DNA of 61,744 nucleotides, counting the filler, from Choristocarpus tenellus KU-1152 (taxonomy: Eukaryota > Protista > Phaeophyceae), in the NCBI GenBank assembly GCA_964200185.2. It is 10 parts of 10 records of this genome, joined end to end, with 100 filler letters (N's around TTAATTAATTAA, not from the genome) between each part and the next. Parts side by side here need not be neighbours in the genome. Positions count along the whole stretch, not along the records: positions 15,092 to 31,053 come from CAXNAD020000896.1; positions 31,154 to 34,360 come from CAXNAD020021542.1; positions 34,461 to 52,394 come from CAXNAD020000606.1; 7 more parts are not named here. One strand, written 5' to 3'. Made by a program: the position numbers and the translations under genes. Under the pieces are notes generated by a model. The model searched no databases, had not been told where the DNA came from, and was given only the letters and a program-made list of their open reading frames with translations. This document shows, in pieces, positions 24,151 to 35,677 of this stretch. Positions within the stretch are counted from its first letter, which is position 1. Every line of letters starts with the position of its first letter.

Positions 24151-24499
24151 TGGTCGGGACAAACTTTGTGGATGGGGGTGCCAACAGTTCATCTGTCACG
24201 CTTAGACAGGGTGGGCTATGCAAGTGTTAGCGTGTCTCAAGATGGTCATAAAATTCGGTGCCTTAGCCATATTTTCAGGCTTACTCCTTCTTACATAGAG
24301 TATATTCTTGTTTTGGGGAAATAGCCTCGTTTTTGAAATATATTGCGAAAAACTCACACATACTGTATATATATACACAAAGAAAATGAGTCGTGTGTGT
24401 ATGAAGCACAAATGTGTTGCGTTTTTGTTTGAACTTCGAACCATACCTACATTATTGATCTCGAACCTGTCGGATGACTGCTTTGCATGAAATTGGTCT

Positions 24500-26930
24500 A
24501 AAGTACGTTCATGGTGTCTGGTCTCTCATTGCCTTTCCCCAAACGGGTATTTGCATATCGTAATAATTTCGACCGCATGTGTCCCTCCTCAGGCGATTCT
24601 CATCTCTGAATTCCTCCACCTTTCTTGTAGCGACAAAAACGATACCTACACCATCCCTGAGGTGCACATGGCAAAGTCCAACTGGCAGACCCTTGGCGGA
24701 TCTCCTGCCTTCTCAAGACAACGAAAGCATTGGAACACATCCCATGCCAAGTTTGTGCGAGGGATCAATTTAATCCTCTGTGGCAGTGGGGATACTATTG
24801 TCAGGGGAAAAAGAGAAAGTCCACGACATAAATGTTGATGATTCCGGGAGATTAGTACACAGCACGAGGTTACGAACATGGTGACCACTCCTTGTCACGA
24901 GGGCTATGGTCACACACGTTGGAGGAAGAGGTTGAGGAGGGCGTCCAACAGCCCTGACATAAGCAGAGGGAGAAGGCAGACCAACTCGCACCTGAATGCG
25001 ACATGCAATGCGAATTACGGAAGTATTGGCAGGTGAAGCATCGGGGGGAAAAAAATGAGGGCAATATCATTCTCCTGGAACCGATCATGAAGGTTGTGGC
25101 TCGGTTCGAGGAGACAACTCTCTGCGACATTGCTATGGGCAGGGGACTGTACTTGCGGTTTGGAGAACAGTGGATGAGAGACACGGCATCGAAATGCTAA
25201 CCCCAACACGCGAGAATGTGGAAGGCCTGTCCGTTTCCCTATGAGGTCAGATGGGAGAACGACCAAGTGCTAAATGTCCAGCTTGTTGCAGAACTGTAGT
25301 GCAATGCTGGACGTATCTCTGGGCAGCTGGTTCTGACGAGGAAAACATGATGATCAAACACAGGGCAGGAGATGGTGTACTACTCTTTTCCTTTGTGGTA
25401 TTTTCCATTTTCTTGCAAATATCTTGTTGTGCTAAACAAGTTGGACATTGATTGGTATGGGGGGTGTTTGGTAGGACATACATTCTTGGTATTGTCAATT
25501 TTTCGCAGGTATGTCATTTGTAACTCTACTCTTTCTTCTTTGCAGTATTAATATATTTGGATGAAAATATATATATTTAAACTCCTTTGTGGTGTTTTCT
25601 TCTGGGATATGCAACTTTTGTTGGGACCTGGGGTTGAATGAATCGTTCTCTCTTGTATATAAGTGACAGGTTGTTTGGGGTGAAGGGGTGTCATAGTAGT
25701 GCAGTGAAGCACTGGTGAATTCGTCCCGATGAACCTAGAGACATGCTTCGCACAGTCGTAGGTTATTTGGTACAGTGATGTTGTGTATTCCTTGGTACAT
25801 TCAAAGGAAAAGACTCATGCTCTGTCTAGAGGTTTCTTAACTTGTGAAGAAGAGTTTTGTGAACGTTTTAACTCTGAATATTTAGCATCCAGTTGTGTAT
25901 CAGATACACTCAGTGCAGAGTGAGTTCGGTGTGTGATTGGGAGCAAGGCCAACCAAAGAAGAAAGGAAGAAACATTGTATGAGATACAACTGGTGGTTTT
26001 GCTGCGAAGATAAGAAAGAAAGACACAAACTTGAATCAATATCTGAGGCAACTCATGCGGAACATACTATACTTGGATGTTTGAGGGATGTCGACTGTTT
26101 CATACTTGCTATGAACCGTGGAATTACAATGGTAATCCATGATCCTACAATGTAGTATCGCTGATATTGAAGGTGAGTAACGACCAGTACTGATACATGA
26201 ATCGACAGTCAGTATGAACTGGTAATGGTGTATAGTATCAATAACACAAAAGATGAGTAGCCTATGCTTCAACAACTTGGTTCGTCGTGCAGGTTGACTT
26301 GGTGATGTTGTGTGTGTGTGGAAGTTTGTTTCATCACAGACAGATGTAGGTATGGTGTGGTCAGATTTGCGTGTCCTCTTGTAGAGCGTGCTCTTCATAC
26401 ACCCATCCCTGGTGGTGCATTGGTTTTTCTCCTGTGAGTTCACGTCTAAGATTTCCTGGTGAAGATATTATTTCAACATGTGTGGATCATCACCACGACA
26501 ATTTGTTGGTTTCAAGGAGTGCGCACTAAATACGCATACACCAGATGGGCATTTCGCCAATTCTTAATATCAAGCAAGTCTTTCCTCAAACAGAAGTATC
26601 ACCATACAACCATCCATGGCATTAACCAAGAGCGTTCTGGGTAGTTATCGTATGTTTATCCTCCAATACCATTTCCAACCTTACCAAAGAATGTCAAGTC
26701 TTGTCCGTTTGACGTAATCCGTCAGAGAGTGTCCTGCATCAAAAGGGGTGTTTCACAACACATTATCAAGCTCCTAACGGACGACAACTGTGCTTACCTC
26801 CCTCTCCATCTAGAATATTTACACTCGAAAATCCATTTGGCAGTCTTCGAATTCTCCCCCAAATGGGGGAGGGTGTGTCCACCTGTGATAACATGTACAC
26901 TGAGAAAGCCTACGGCTTGTGCATCTGGAA
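24500..26930 (-). mobile_element. Possible decayed Mutator (MULE + SWIM) transposase
   Basis: Minus-strand LMQDT..RITSNGQDLTFFG (MULE-like) and, further downstream, a frameshifted C.TCQYF...IACR (SWIM-like) near 25000-25045. Many stops. Confidence 0.35.
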
Positions 26931-26986
26931 ATGTACTTGCGCAAGTATGACAAAAATCCAATATCGCATATATTAAGTATGTAGGT

Positions 26987-27244
26987 GAGTGAAAGTATCT
27001 TAGAGGGTAGGAATTTTGCCCTGTTTGTCCATTTGGGACTTGGCTGCACATGTATTTTTTGTGACATTTTACCTACTCCAAAACGTTTCGGAGTAGGTAA
27101 AATGTGTATGTTATGAATGGTGTGTCTGGAACAAGGATATTGACACTTTCTAACAAACACGATAGCCAAAATTACAATAAAAATTCAACATTGTATTTTG
27201 GTCGCCAAACGGACGTGACTCTACCCTCCAAGATGTTTTGACTC
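26987..27244 (-). mobile_element. Sola-type MITE, TSD AGGT
   Basis: AGGT|GAGTGAAAGTATCT...AGATGTTTTGACTC|AGGT. Confidence 0.93.
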
Positions 27245-28006
27245 AGGTATGAAGGGCAATTCTTTGGTATTTAACATCTAAGTTCACTGTAGGGCTCACA
27301 AACCTATAGTGCCAAATTATATTCAAATAGATGACACAGCGCTGTGCCCTTGAAATTCATCATTATTACCTGTTGGTTGTGCATTTTATATCCAAAATAT
27401 GTATTGGCCACAACATGCACTGGATCACCTGTTCCCCTTGTGTGTGCTATGTAGCAGCGAGAATCTGGTGCAGTGCCTGCATGCAATTTTCTGATGTACA
27501 TATATGTACAATATACCAATCAATACATGAGAACATATATTTTATATTTTTTGTGGAACTGGTACTTCTCTGGATAGGCTGGCCGAACCAGGACTTTATG
27601 CTGGTCCACAGTTTATTATCTTGATGATCCTGATCTAGATTTCATAAAATAGTTGGCCCAGGCTGTCCATGACCTGGTTCAGTATATATTCTCAATGACT
27701 CCAGTCTGGACCTGAAATCACACACGTTTCCCGGGCCAGTCCATGACCTGGTCTGGTTACACTCTCTGATGGGCCTGGACTTGTAAAATATTATTTAATG
27801 CTTTGTTTTGATGGGCCTGTCAGATGCGGTGAAAGAGGAAAGCGGGTAAATCCTACCAAAAAGCAGGGAATGTGGGTCAATTTGAAGTATTTTTAGCAAC
27901 AAGAAAATTCTGATGATCGTTGATGAGTGATCACTGACTTCAACGTCCCCCATAAGCCGTTGTCACATATTGATTGGTACGAGCCATGAAGGGTGAAGGG
28001 ATCAAG

Positions 28007-28264
28007 GAGTGAAAGTATCTTAGAGGGTAGGAATTTTGCCCTGTTTGTCCATTTGGGACTTGGCTTCTCATGTATTTTTTGTGACATTTTACCTACTCCA
28101 AAACGTTTCGGAGCAGGTAAAATGTGTATGTTATGAAAGGTGTGTCTGGAACAAGGATATTGACACTTCCTACCAAACACGATAGCCAAAATAAAAATAA
28201 AAATTCAACTTTGTATTTTGGTCGCCAAATGGACGTGACTCTACCCTTCAAGATACATTGACTC
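28007..28264 (-). mobile_element. Sola-type MITE, TSD CAAG
   Basis: CAAG|GAGTGAAAGTATCT...AGATACATTGACTC|CAAG. Confidence 0.93.
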
Positions 28265-29789
28265 CAAGTCGTCAAGGTCCAGTGCCCAGAGCACAGTGGG
28301 CACTGATCGCCAACTTGTATTGAGCAGGAAGAAGTAATAGCTACAGTGACAGTGACTGCGACAGCGACAGAATTGGTAGCGACACATCAAACGCAAGGCT
28401 ATCCCCGCCCAGAGTGACAGTTCCTCCTGACGAGTTCCTATTCAACTACCTAGTTTTTGTTGAAGGTTCAGCTTGATAATGTGCTGATGGTGCCACTAGT
28501 GTTACAGCACGCTCCAGAACTCATCTCCGCAGGATGTGCAACTCAAATCCAACGACCTTAAACTGACGCTATGGGGGTGTTGCCCTTGGTAACAGTTTCT
28601 TGGGTGTCAGGCAGTCTTTTCTCGATATACCACTCAGTACGTACCTCAAAGCTTGACTCAATGTTTCGTTCAAGATAAAAGGGCTGTTAAAGAGGGGTGA
28701 TGGATTGCGACCAAAAGCCCTTTTATTATTTTCATCATCCACCCCTTTTCTTTAGACTTCTATGGTAAAAGACATCTGCAAACTGCTGTATACATGCTCC
28801 AATCATAAACCTTTATTCTGCAACTTCTACGAACTTTGACGTCTCTTCTGTAAGGTTACGTATGCCTTACGAATCTTACTCTCCATTTTCTATGGAATCA
28901 GCATTTATTCTTTAAGGCTACCTATGTGCTACTAATCTCGTATACTACTCGCGCTTGTTAGAACACGAGAAAAATGCTCGCGCTATTCGCCCGTAACACT
29001 AGCGTGTTGTTTGGAAGCTGGTACAAGGTGGTATCAATATGTGCTCAGTCAACAGTAACATGTAGTGTTGGATGATAGGAATGAGGAAGTGATCAAAAAG
29101 TTAGATATCTCCTCTCTTGAAGTACTTCAAGATCCCTCTTGGACAGAAAGAAAGGAGAGCACAAGATAGCACTTGACCCTCTCGGTCTAAAGCTCTTGTG
29201 TCTGTGGAAGTGTGTGTGCCAGGGAAAAGGCCCTGCGTTGAGAGGCTGAATGAGGTGCTCACCTACCCATGAAGTACCCCATTCTTATGTTTCTGCTTGC
29301 TGATTTCCACCCAGCAACCAGAAATGGTTCAACTAATCTATACTTGCTATTTGTCCATAGTACACCATATATTTTGAAGCAGTGTCGTTGGCTAACTCAC
29401 TTTCCATATACTAAATGTGAAAGTCTAGTTCATATTTTGACCATTGCACGTACAATTGATGTTGGCCAAACGAGCTTTTAGCGTTAACAAGTTGTAGCAG
29501 TGTTGTTGCAGCATGTCCTAAATGGGGGTAGGGCTCGGCCTGATCCGATATACCCTTCACCGGACCTGGTCTGGTACGAAACCTCAATGGCCGGTGTGGC
29601 CCTGTTAACGCATACTTCGCATGGACTGATCTCCAGCCTGTTCCAGTCACAAACTGCTGGTCCGGTGTATAGTCTTGAATTTCAGTTTCATCAGTCAAAC
29701 CTCCAAAATGATTTTTTTGTCTCGAACTCCTCAATTATTTTTTTCAATAGCCAGCCATTCTCAATTGTAATTAGCCGTTGTAATATTTA

Positions 29790-30950
29790 ACCCCCGACTG
29801 ATGCTGAGTATTTTGCATTGAGTGAGTTGGGTGAAGAAGATAGATATATTATGTTGTTGACACAGGTACACATGTTCATGCAATCACTATTCAGGATTAT
29901 TTGGTGGTGTTGGTGTATGAGGACGATGATGGAGACATCAAGATCGTCCAGAAGGCTATATCTTTTGGTAGGACAAAAGGACAAATCACAGACATTTGAT
30001 AGCATAAAGCGTGCTAGGTGGAAACAAAAACGAAGAGTGTACTGGGAACATGCCTATAGAGTATTAATATGCTCCCGTCTCGACTGAGAGTCTGTTGAAA
30101 GAGTCCACTACTTTAATGGCAGTCCGGCATAATTGTGCACATTATGTAGTCGGAATAACTTGGCAAATGATGGGATCCTTGTGGTTAATATTTCTCTCTG
30201 CATGTTTGAAACAGAGGAATGCGTCAAGAATGTGCTTGAACTCTTGTGTGAATTCTGGAAGAAACTGATAGTTGAGAGAAGTGAATATGGTTGATTGTGT
30301 TCTGTGGAACAGGAGATGAATATTGACCGATGGAATTAATGTAGTTTTTTTTTCTGAATCAAAGTATCTTAGAGGGTATAGCCGCGTCCATTTGGGGCCA
30401 GAATCCAATGTTGCGATTTTGATGTAATTTTGCTATCGTGTTTGTTGGAAAGTGTCAATATCCTTGTTCTGGACACACCTTCTCATAACGTATACATTTT
30501 CCTACTCCTAAGCATTTTGGAGTAGGAAAATGTCATAAAAAACCCGTGGGAAGCCAAGCCCCAAACGGACGAACAGGGCAAAACTCATACCCTCTAGGAT
30601 ACTTTCACACTTCTACAGGAAGATAAGCTTCGAAATAGGTACAAAAAGACTGGACCATAGTATCTGTTGGTCAACAAATCAGTGACGAAAAGTCAATGGA
30701 TTGATTGTCCCGATAGGATAGAAACAAGAGTTTGTTGGGAAGGGTACCCTTCTCAGGTAAATGATCTTAATTCTTCTCTTCATGAATAATCAATACAATC
30801 TACATTTACAAGTCTTGAGGGAAGCAAACAGCTATTAAAATATATGCACTACGTGGTGGTCTCAACAATGAAGGCAAAAACAGTATCAACAGCGGTATGT
30901 ATCTCCAAAGAACAAGAAATGTGTTACAATGTAATACTATTGATGTCTCA
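29790..30950 (+). mobile_element. Possible decayed PIF/Harbinger nuclease, interrupted by a MITE
   Basis: WIDCP...FVGK(G)YP near 30697-30755 resembles W..CP....f.GKEGYPT. Heavily degenerate. Confidence 0.4.
30356..30610 (+). mobile_element. Sola-type MITE, TSD TTCT
   Basis: TTCT|GAATCAAAGTATCT...GGATACTTTCACAC|TTCT. Confidence 0.92.
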
Positions 30951-31153
30951 CTTTAGTCTGGGACTAGGAACCACCAACCTGACACACCTAGTCCTGCCCA
31001 GTGGTCAGAGGCCCTGCACATTACACTACTGACCCAAAGTATCTGAGAGGGGGNNNNNNNNNNNNNNNNNNNNNNNNNNNNNNNNNNNNNNNNNNNNTTA
31101 ATTAATTAANNNNNNNNNNNNNNNNNNNNNNNNNNNNNNNNNNNNNNNNNNNN

Positions 31154-31470
31154 GGTAACCCATTTCCGGCGCTCAACGAGGAAATGTGATAGTAAAGGCT
31201 CTAACACTGCGAATCCTGTACCTGTGTATGAACGATGGGAAAGACTGTCAAACAGTGCTCGAGATGGCAGCAGGATAGGCAATGATCAGACTGGAAACTG
31301 TGAGTAAATGGGAGAGAGGCTTCCTAACTAAGGGCCACATCAAGGTGTTGGAGCAAGGGCGCGACGAGAGGTGTTTCGTTCTAGGTCTCGACGAGGACAT
31401 CCTTTTCGAGGTCAAAGAGTGGGTGGATGAACACACAGGAAGAAAGGGTAGGGAGGCTTTTTTCCTGTCT
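31154..31470 (+). mobile_element. Second copy of the transposase remnant at ~11480-11790
   Basis: cccatttccggcgctcaacgaggaaatg is the reverse complement of ~11754-11781. Peptide ETVSKWERGFLTKGHIKVLEQGR...LGLDEDILFEVKEW. Confidence 0.6.
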
Positions 31471-32137
31471 AAACCCTATACTTCAGTCAAGTAATAGCAT
31501 ATCTGTTGCCACTCTTGGTGACCTACAATCCTGGGTTCGAACCCCAATATGACCGCTCTTTCTTCAAAAGAAGAAAAAAATGGCGAAAAAAAGTGAAGCC
31601 TGTGCCACTATGCTTTTATTTTTTTAATCCGATGCCTACAACAAACGTTATGACAGGCGAAGCTACTGATACCACTATACCAATCATACCAAACTAAAAG
31701 CTCATAAAGACCGATATTGAGTTTTCATTGGTTTTCCTCCTGATGCATCTGCAAAAATGTCAGAGAACATAATAATATAATAATATATAGAGAGTTAGGG
31801 TTAGGAAAGACAAAAAAAAAAATCGTTTGCATACAAACAACCTTTAGTTCTGGTGAATCTATTTCTGAATTTGTATAGATATTTGTAATTAAACGATAAA
31901 TATATCACACACTGTAATAGTATGTAGGTTGTATTATGTGAGACAACTAGTTCTTCTACCTTGATTTTCATTTCAATATACTCCAAGAAAAAAAATCCCG
32001 ACAAAAAGCCCGCGTATCAATTATTTCCTCCGCATGTTCATGACAAAAAAAAGGGAGTATGAGTATAAAGTATTGTCCTTCTCAACTTCATTACCCAAGA
32101 ACCTGACTTGTGACAGCAACAGTGGAGGCGTTGTTGA

Positions 32138-33821
32138 ATGTACAGCGCCGTTGTGGTTCCACTAGTCCTCCTGCGCTTGGCTAGCGTGGACGCCTTCAAC
32201 TGCGGCTATCGGATAGGTTTGAGTAGTTCCTTCCTTCGTCCCTTTGCTGTACAAGGTAACAAGACTTGTTACATCCTCAATTGTAATGATTTCTCCTTGG
32301 TTGAGCTTGAGTGGTACCTTCTTTCTCCATATCCTGTCCATGACCATTCTCTTTCTCTTGCTCTGGGTCATGTATGACTTGCGACGGAGTTAGTTTGAAG
32401 ATCATTACCCACGGATGTTGGTATCTCTTCCATGCCTAACATCTAACTTTAAGATTCCTCCCTTTCACCTCAGGACGAACCACATATTCCTCTCCATCGA
32501 TCCAACTGGGAAGTATGGATACTCTTGCGGAGGTGAGGTGATTCTCCTTCTATCTCATCCACAGCGGACTGCACACATTTCATCCCCCTGCTCTTTGGTC
32601 ACAATCTGGTCTGCACCTTACTCTCTTTTTTCCTGGTCATTCCCCTATCAACTCCATACCAATAATCGAAGCTCGATGCTGACGGGAACCTGAAACGCAA
32701 GCCATCTACGTTCCTCAATAAGGTCGGCGAGAGTGAACCCGTCTATAAACCTGGTGAGTTCGTTCGCAGCAGCTCGGAGTTCAGGGATTTCATCAGCCTT
32801 GATCACCCAGTGTACAAACCGGGTAAGATGAGCAAATCCAAACAGTCAATCAACGATGAGACTAAATCAACAAGCTGAACACACGAGTTTCCGTCCATTT
32901 TAAGGTCGGGGTTCTACTGTCAGTGGAGAGGCACCGAATACATCTACTTCTTGATTGATGGAGCATGTGTGACTTGGGATTCAAGGGCTTTCATTCTCTT
33001 GGATTTAGAGAACAAGGGGTTATACATGTGCATGTGCTATGTATGCAGAGACCTGTCAATGTCCTTCCTGGTGCACTTTGATTGCTTCAAAATTTTGAGC
33101 TCCCCTTCTCCAAACCCTCTACTCCTCAGAGGCTGGGCGGTACCACCTCTATGTGTGCTATGCTTGTCCGTGGTCCCAGCGAGCTCTCATTGCATGGGTG
33201 AGCATGTTGCTGATTCGATCTATGAAACTTGATGTGATTTCTTGAAGTAGTTCGAAAATGTTTTGCTCTTACCTGCACGACAAAGCATGTTTTGTTCGGT
33301 CTTAGGTTATTGATTTGTTACCTTCTGTTGTTGCTATGTGACTCAGACGGACTGGAGATGTGCATATCGCTAGTATCGGGATCTGAGGACAAGTGCGATA
33401 TTATATTGATGTTAACTTTACTGTCTGGCACATCCAACTGAATCCCTAGCTTGAATGCTTTATCTAGTCTGTGTTGTGGTTGTGCACTTTATGTTGTGCA
33501 GGGATGAATACATGTAGTTTGTACGTTGTATAGTCATTCCTTACGGATAAGCAGGTTCTGGTCGAGTGGGTGTGTATTACTCAGAAAATCTAAGAGTTAT
33601 TGTAGCTCTGTTATATTTTGCTGATCCCTTCCTCTACCAAATTGAGGTCATGTCCCAGGTTGCCCGTGTCTGTTTGTTCTGCTCTTACAATGCCCAACAT
33701 ATCGCCCCTCTCTACCTTTGCCCATCTGATGCCAGGCTCTGAAGGGACTTCAGGGTGTGATTGGCATGTCTGCTACCCACCCCACATGGCAGAAAACACG
33801 TCCAGATGACCCATCCGATAG
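32138..33821 (+). CDS. Glutathionyl-hydroquinone reductase (YqjG/ECM4-like GST), 5' part, predicted plastid-targeted
   Basis: Exons 32138-32255, 32474-32532, 32672-32822 (alternative donor after 32753), 33130-33197 and 33736-33821. They give signal peptide + [62 protein letters not shown]|[26 protein letters not shown]. Truncated by the contig end. Confidence 0.9.
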
Positions 33822-34006
33822 GTGAGTGAAACAGTTCCTCACCCTATGATTTTAGTGCTATGTGTTGGTGGTAGTGCATCCTTTACAAATCGACCATCAC
33901 TTGTTTTCTCTGTTCATAGTATATTATGGAGGCGATCTGACTCATGCTGTGAGGGTAATGAACAACCTCTAGCGAGAGTATTCTTGAGCAGCTTGGTACT
34001 GTTACA

Positions 34007-34031
34007 CTAACCCTAACCCTAACCCTAACCC
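34007..34031. repeat. Interstitial telomere-like (CCCTAA)4
   Basis: ctaaccctaaccctaaccctaaccc; shorter tracts near 9621, 10528, 19422 and 31795. Confidence 0.8.
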
Positions 34032-34311
34032 TTGTTACTGCATGCTGGCAACTCGTGAGATTTTCCTGGTTACAGATTGCTGATTTTCTAAATAGTGTTT
34101 AGAGAAATGGACAATGCCGCTACTAGTTTGGTTTCCTCACTCTAGTTTGGAAAGCATTCATGCCTCAGCAGAAGGGTAGTTCCTCAACTGCATGCCAGGA
34201 ATTCTCTCTCTCTCTTCCATTCCACCACCAGAATTTCAATTCCAAACAAGGTACTGCCTAGATTCGAATTACTTAAAGTATGTACGATACTGGGATGTCC
34301 TTTCTTCCCTG

Positions 34312-34346
<35 letters not shown>

Positions 34347-35677
34347 ACCCCCCCCCCCCCNNNNNNNNNNNNNNNNNNNNNNNNNNNNNNNNNNNNNNNN
34401 NNNNTTAATTAATTAANNNNNNNNNNNNNNNNNNNNNNNNNNNNNNNNNNNNNNNNNNNNCTAGTGTAGACCCACCCCTCCCTCCCAGATACTTTGGGTC
34501 TCGAGACAACAAAGTGAATAATCGAAGGGAGAGATTCAGCCTATTTGACAACATTTCCTTTATGGCGCCCTCTACAAGCCTCTTCTACAACCTACAGGCT
34601 TGTGCGTTGGAGCTACATATCCCATCATGGTAAGCTTGCGGAACATATTGCAACAGATGATTGGCTCAAGTTGTGAGTTGTTTTGGTGCTGTCTGGCAGG
34701 AATCTGGTCTGTGATGCATCAAGTACTAATTTTGAATTCACTGTTGACCACTTTCAAGGTCAAATATACGCATATACCCCAAATCTACACATGTACTTCT
34801 TAGCTCTATCTGCAGATTTTTTTCAGGCACAGACCTCCCCTGGCACACAGCGCTCGCTCCCATTGCTCGTCACCCCGCCTCCCTCAAAACCTATTGGATC
34901 CATCCAGTGAAGTTTCCACCTTGATCTTTCCAGTGATGTTGTGTGGTGGTACACATATACATAAATACATGTACATTGGCAGACAGGATAGTACAGGTGT
35001 ACAAACTGTTGTGATTACCACGTGGAATTCGATCATTGAAACTAGATTTCCTTGAAGAAGAGAAGCCTGGCGTTGAAGGGGTCAAAACAGTGGAATTCGT
35101 GACTCAGTGTTCTCTATCATTGCGAGGATCTCCACAATAGCTCTGCAATATTTACAACAATCATACCAGTAGTATTACACAAATATGTTGCCTTTATATA
35201 AAAACAAAACTAGATATGGTTCACTCACATTCCACATAAAAAAGCAAAGATGTCAGGGGTCACGGTCGACCAGATTTCTCAACCAGTACGCAGCCAGACA
35301 AGGAAGGTTGTTTTTGTTGTGAGCCTTGACTGATGGGAATGTGTTCTACGTCAATGTGTGATGTAATCCATTTACCAAGCCAAACATTCGCACCAACACC
35401 ATATTATACAACAAACAACAAACCACCCATAAACCTGTGAACCGTAACACCAAACGTTCATTGTTCTAATAATGTTAAAAAACAGAATGTATTTATCGTG
35501 AGATATGAGTACTACAATGCTACGATATCAACCGTTCCGATAAGACACATATCGAAATAGATGTGAAGAAGATGTAGAAAGCCAAACATCCCTTCACGCG
35601 ATAGCGCGCCGTATACAGATGTTTCTATCGCTTACGATCAACAAGGTTTGGTTCCCACCCTGTGAACAATCGTCGCA

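Noticed and set aside
26794-28275. Recurrent small ORFs containing YPLRYF as a peptide family
   Set aside because: They are incidental translations of the MITE TIR.
33347-33400. [10 protein letters not shown] as a GHR exon
   Set aside because: It is out of phase, and the exon at 33736-33821 supplies the expected ALKGL...HPTW segment.
34313-34360. Poly-Pro ORFs from C/G runs (also 58472-58518)
   Set aside because: These are homopolymer tracts at contig ends.
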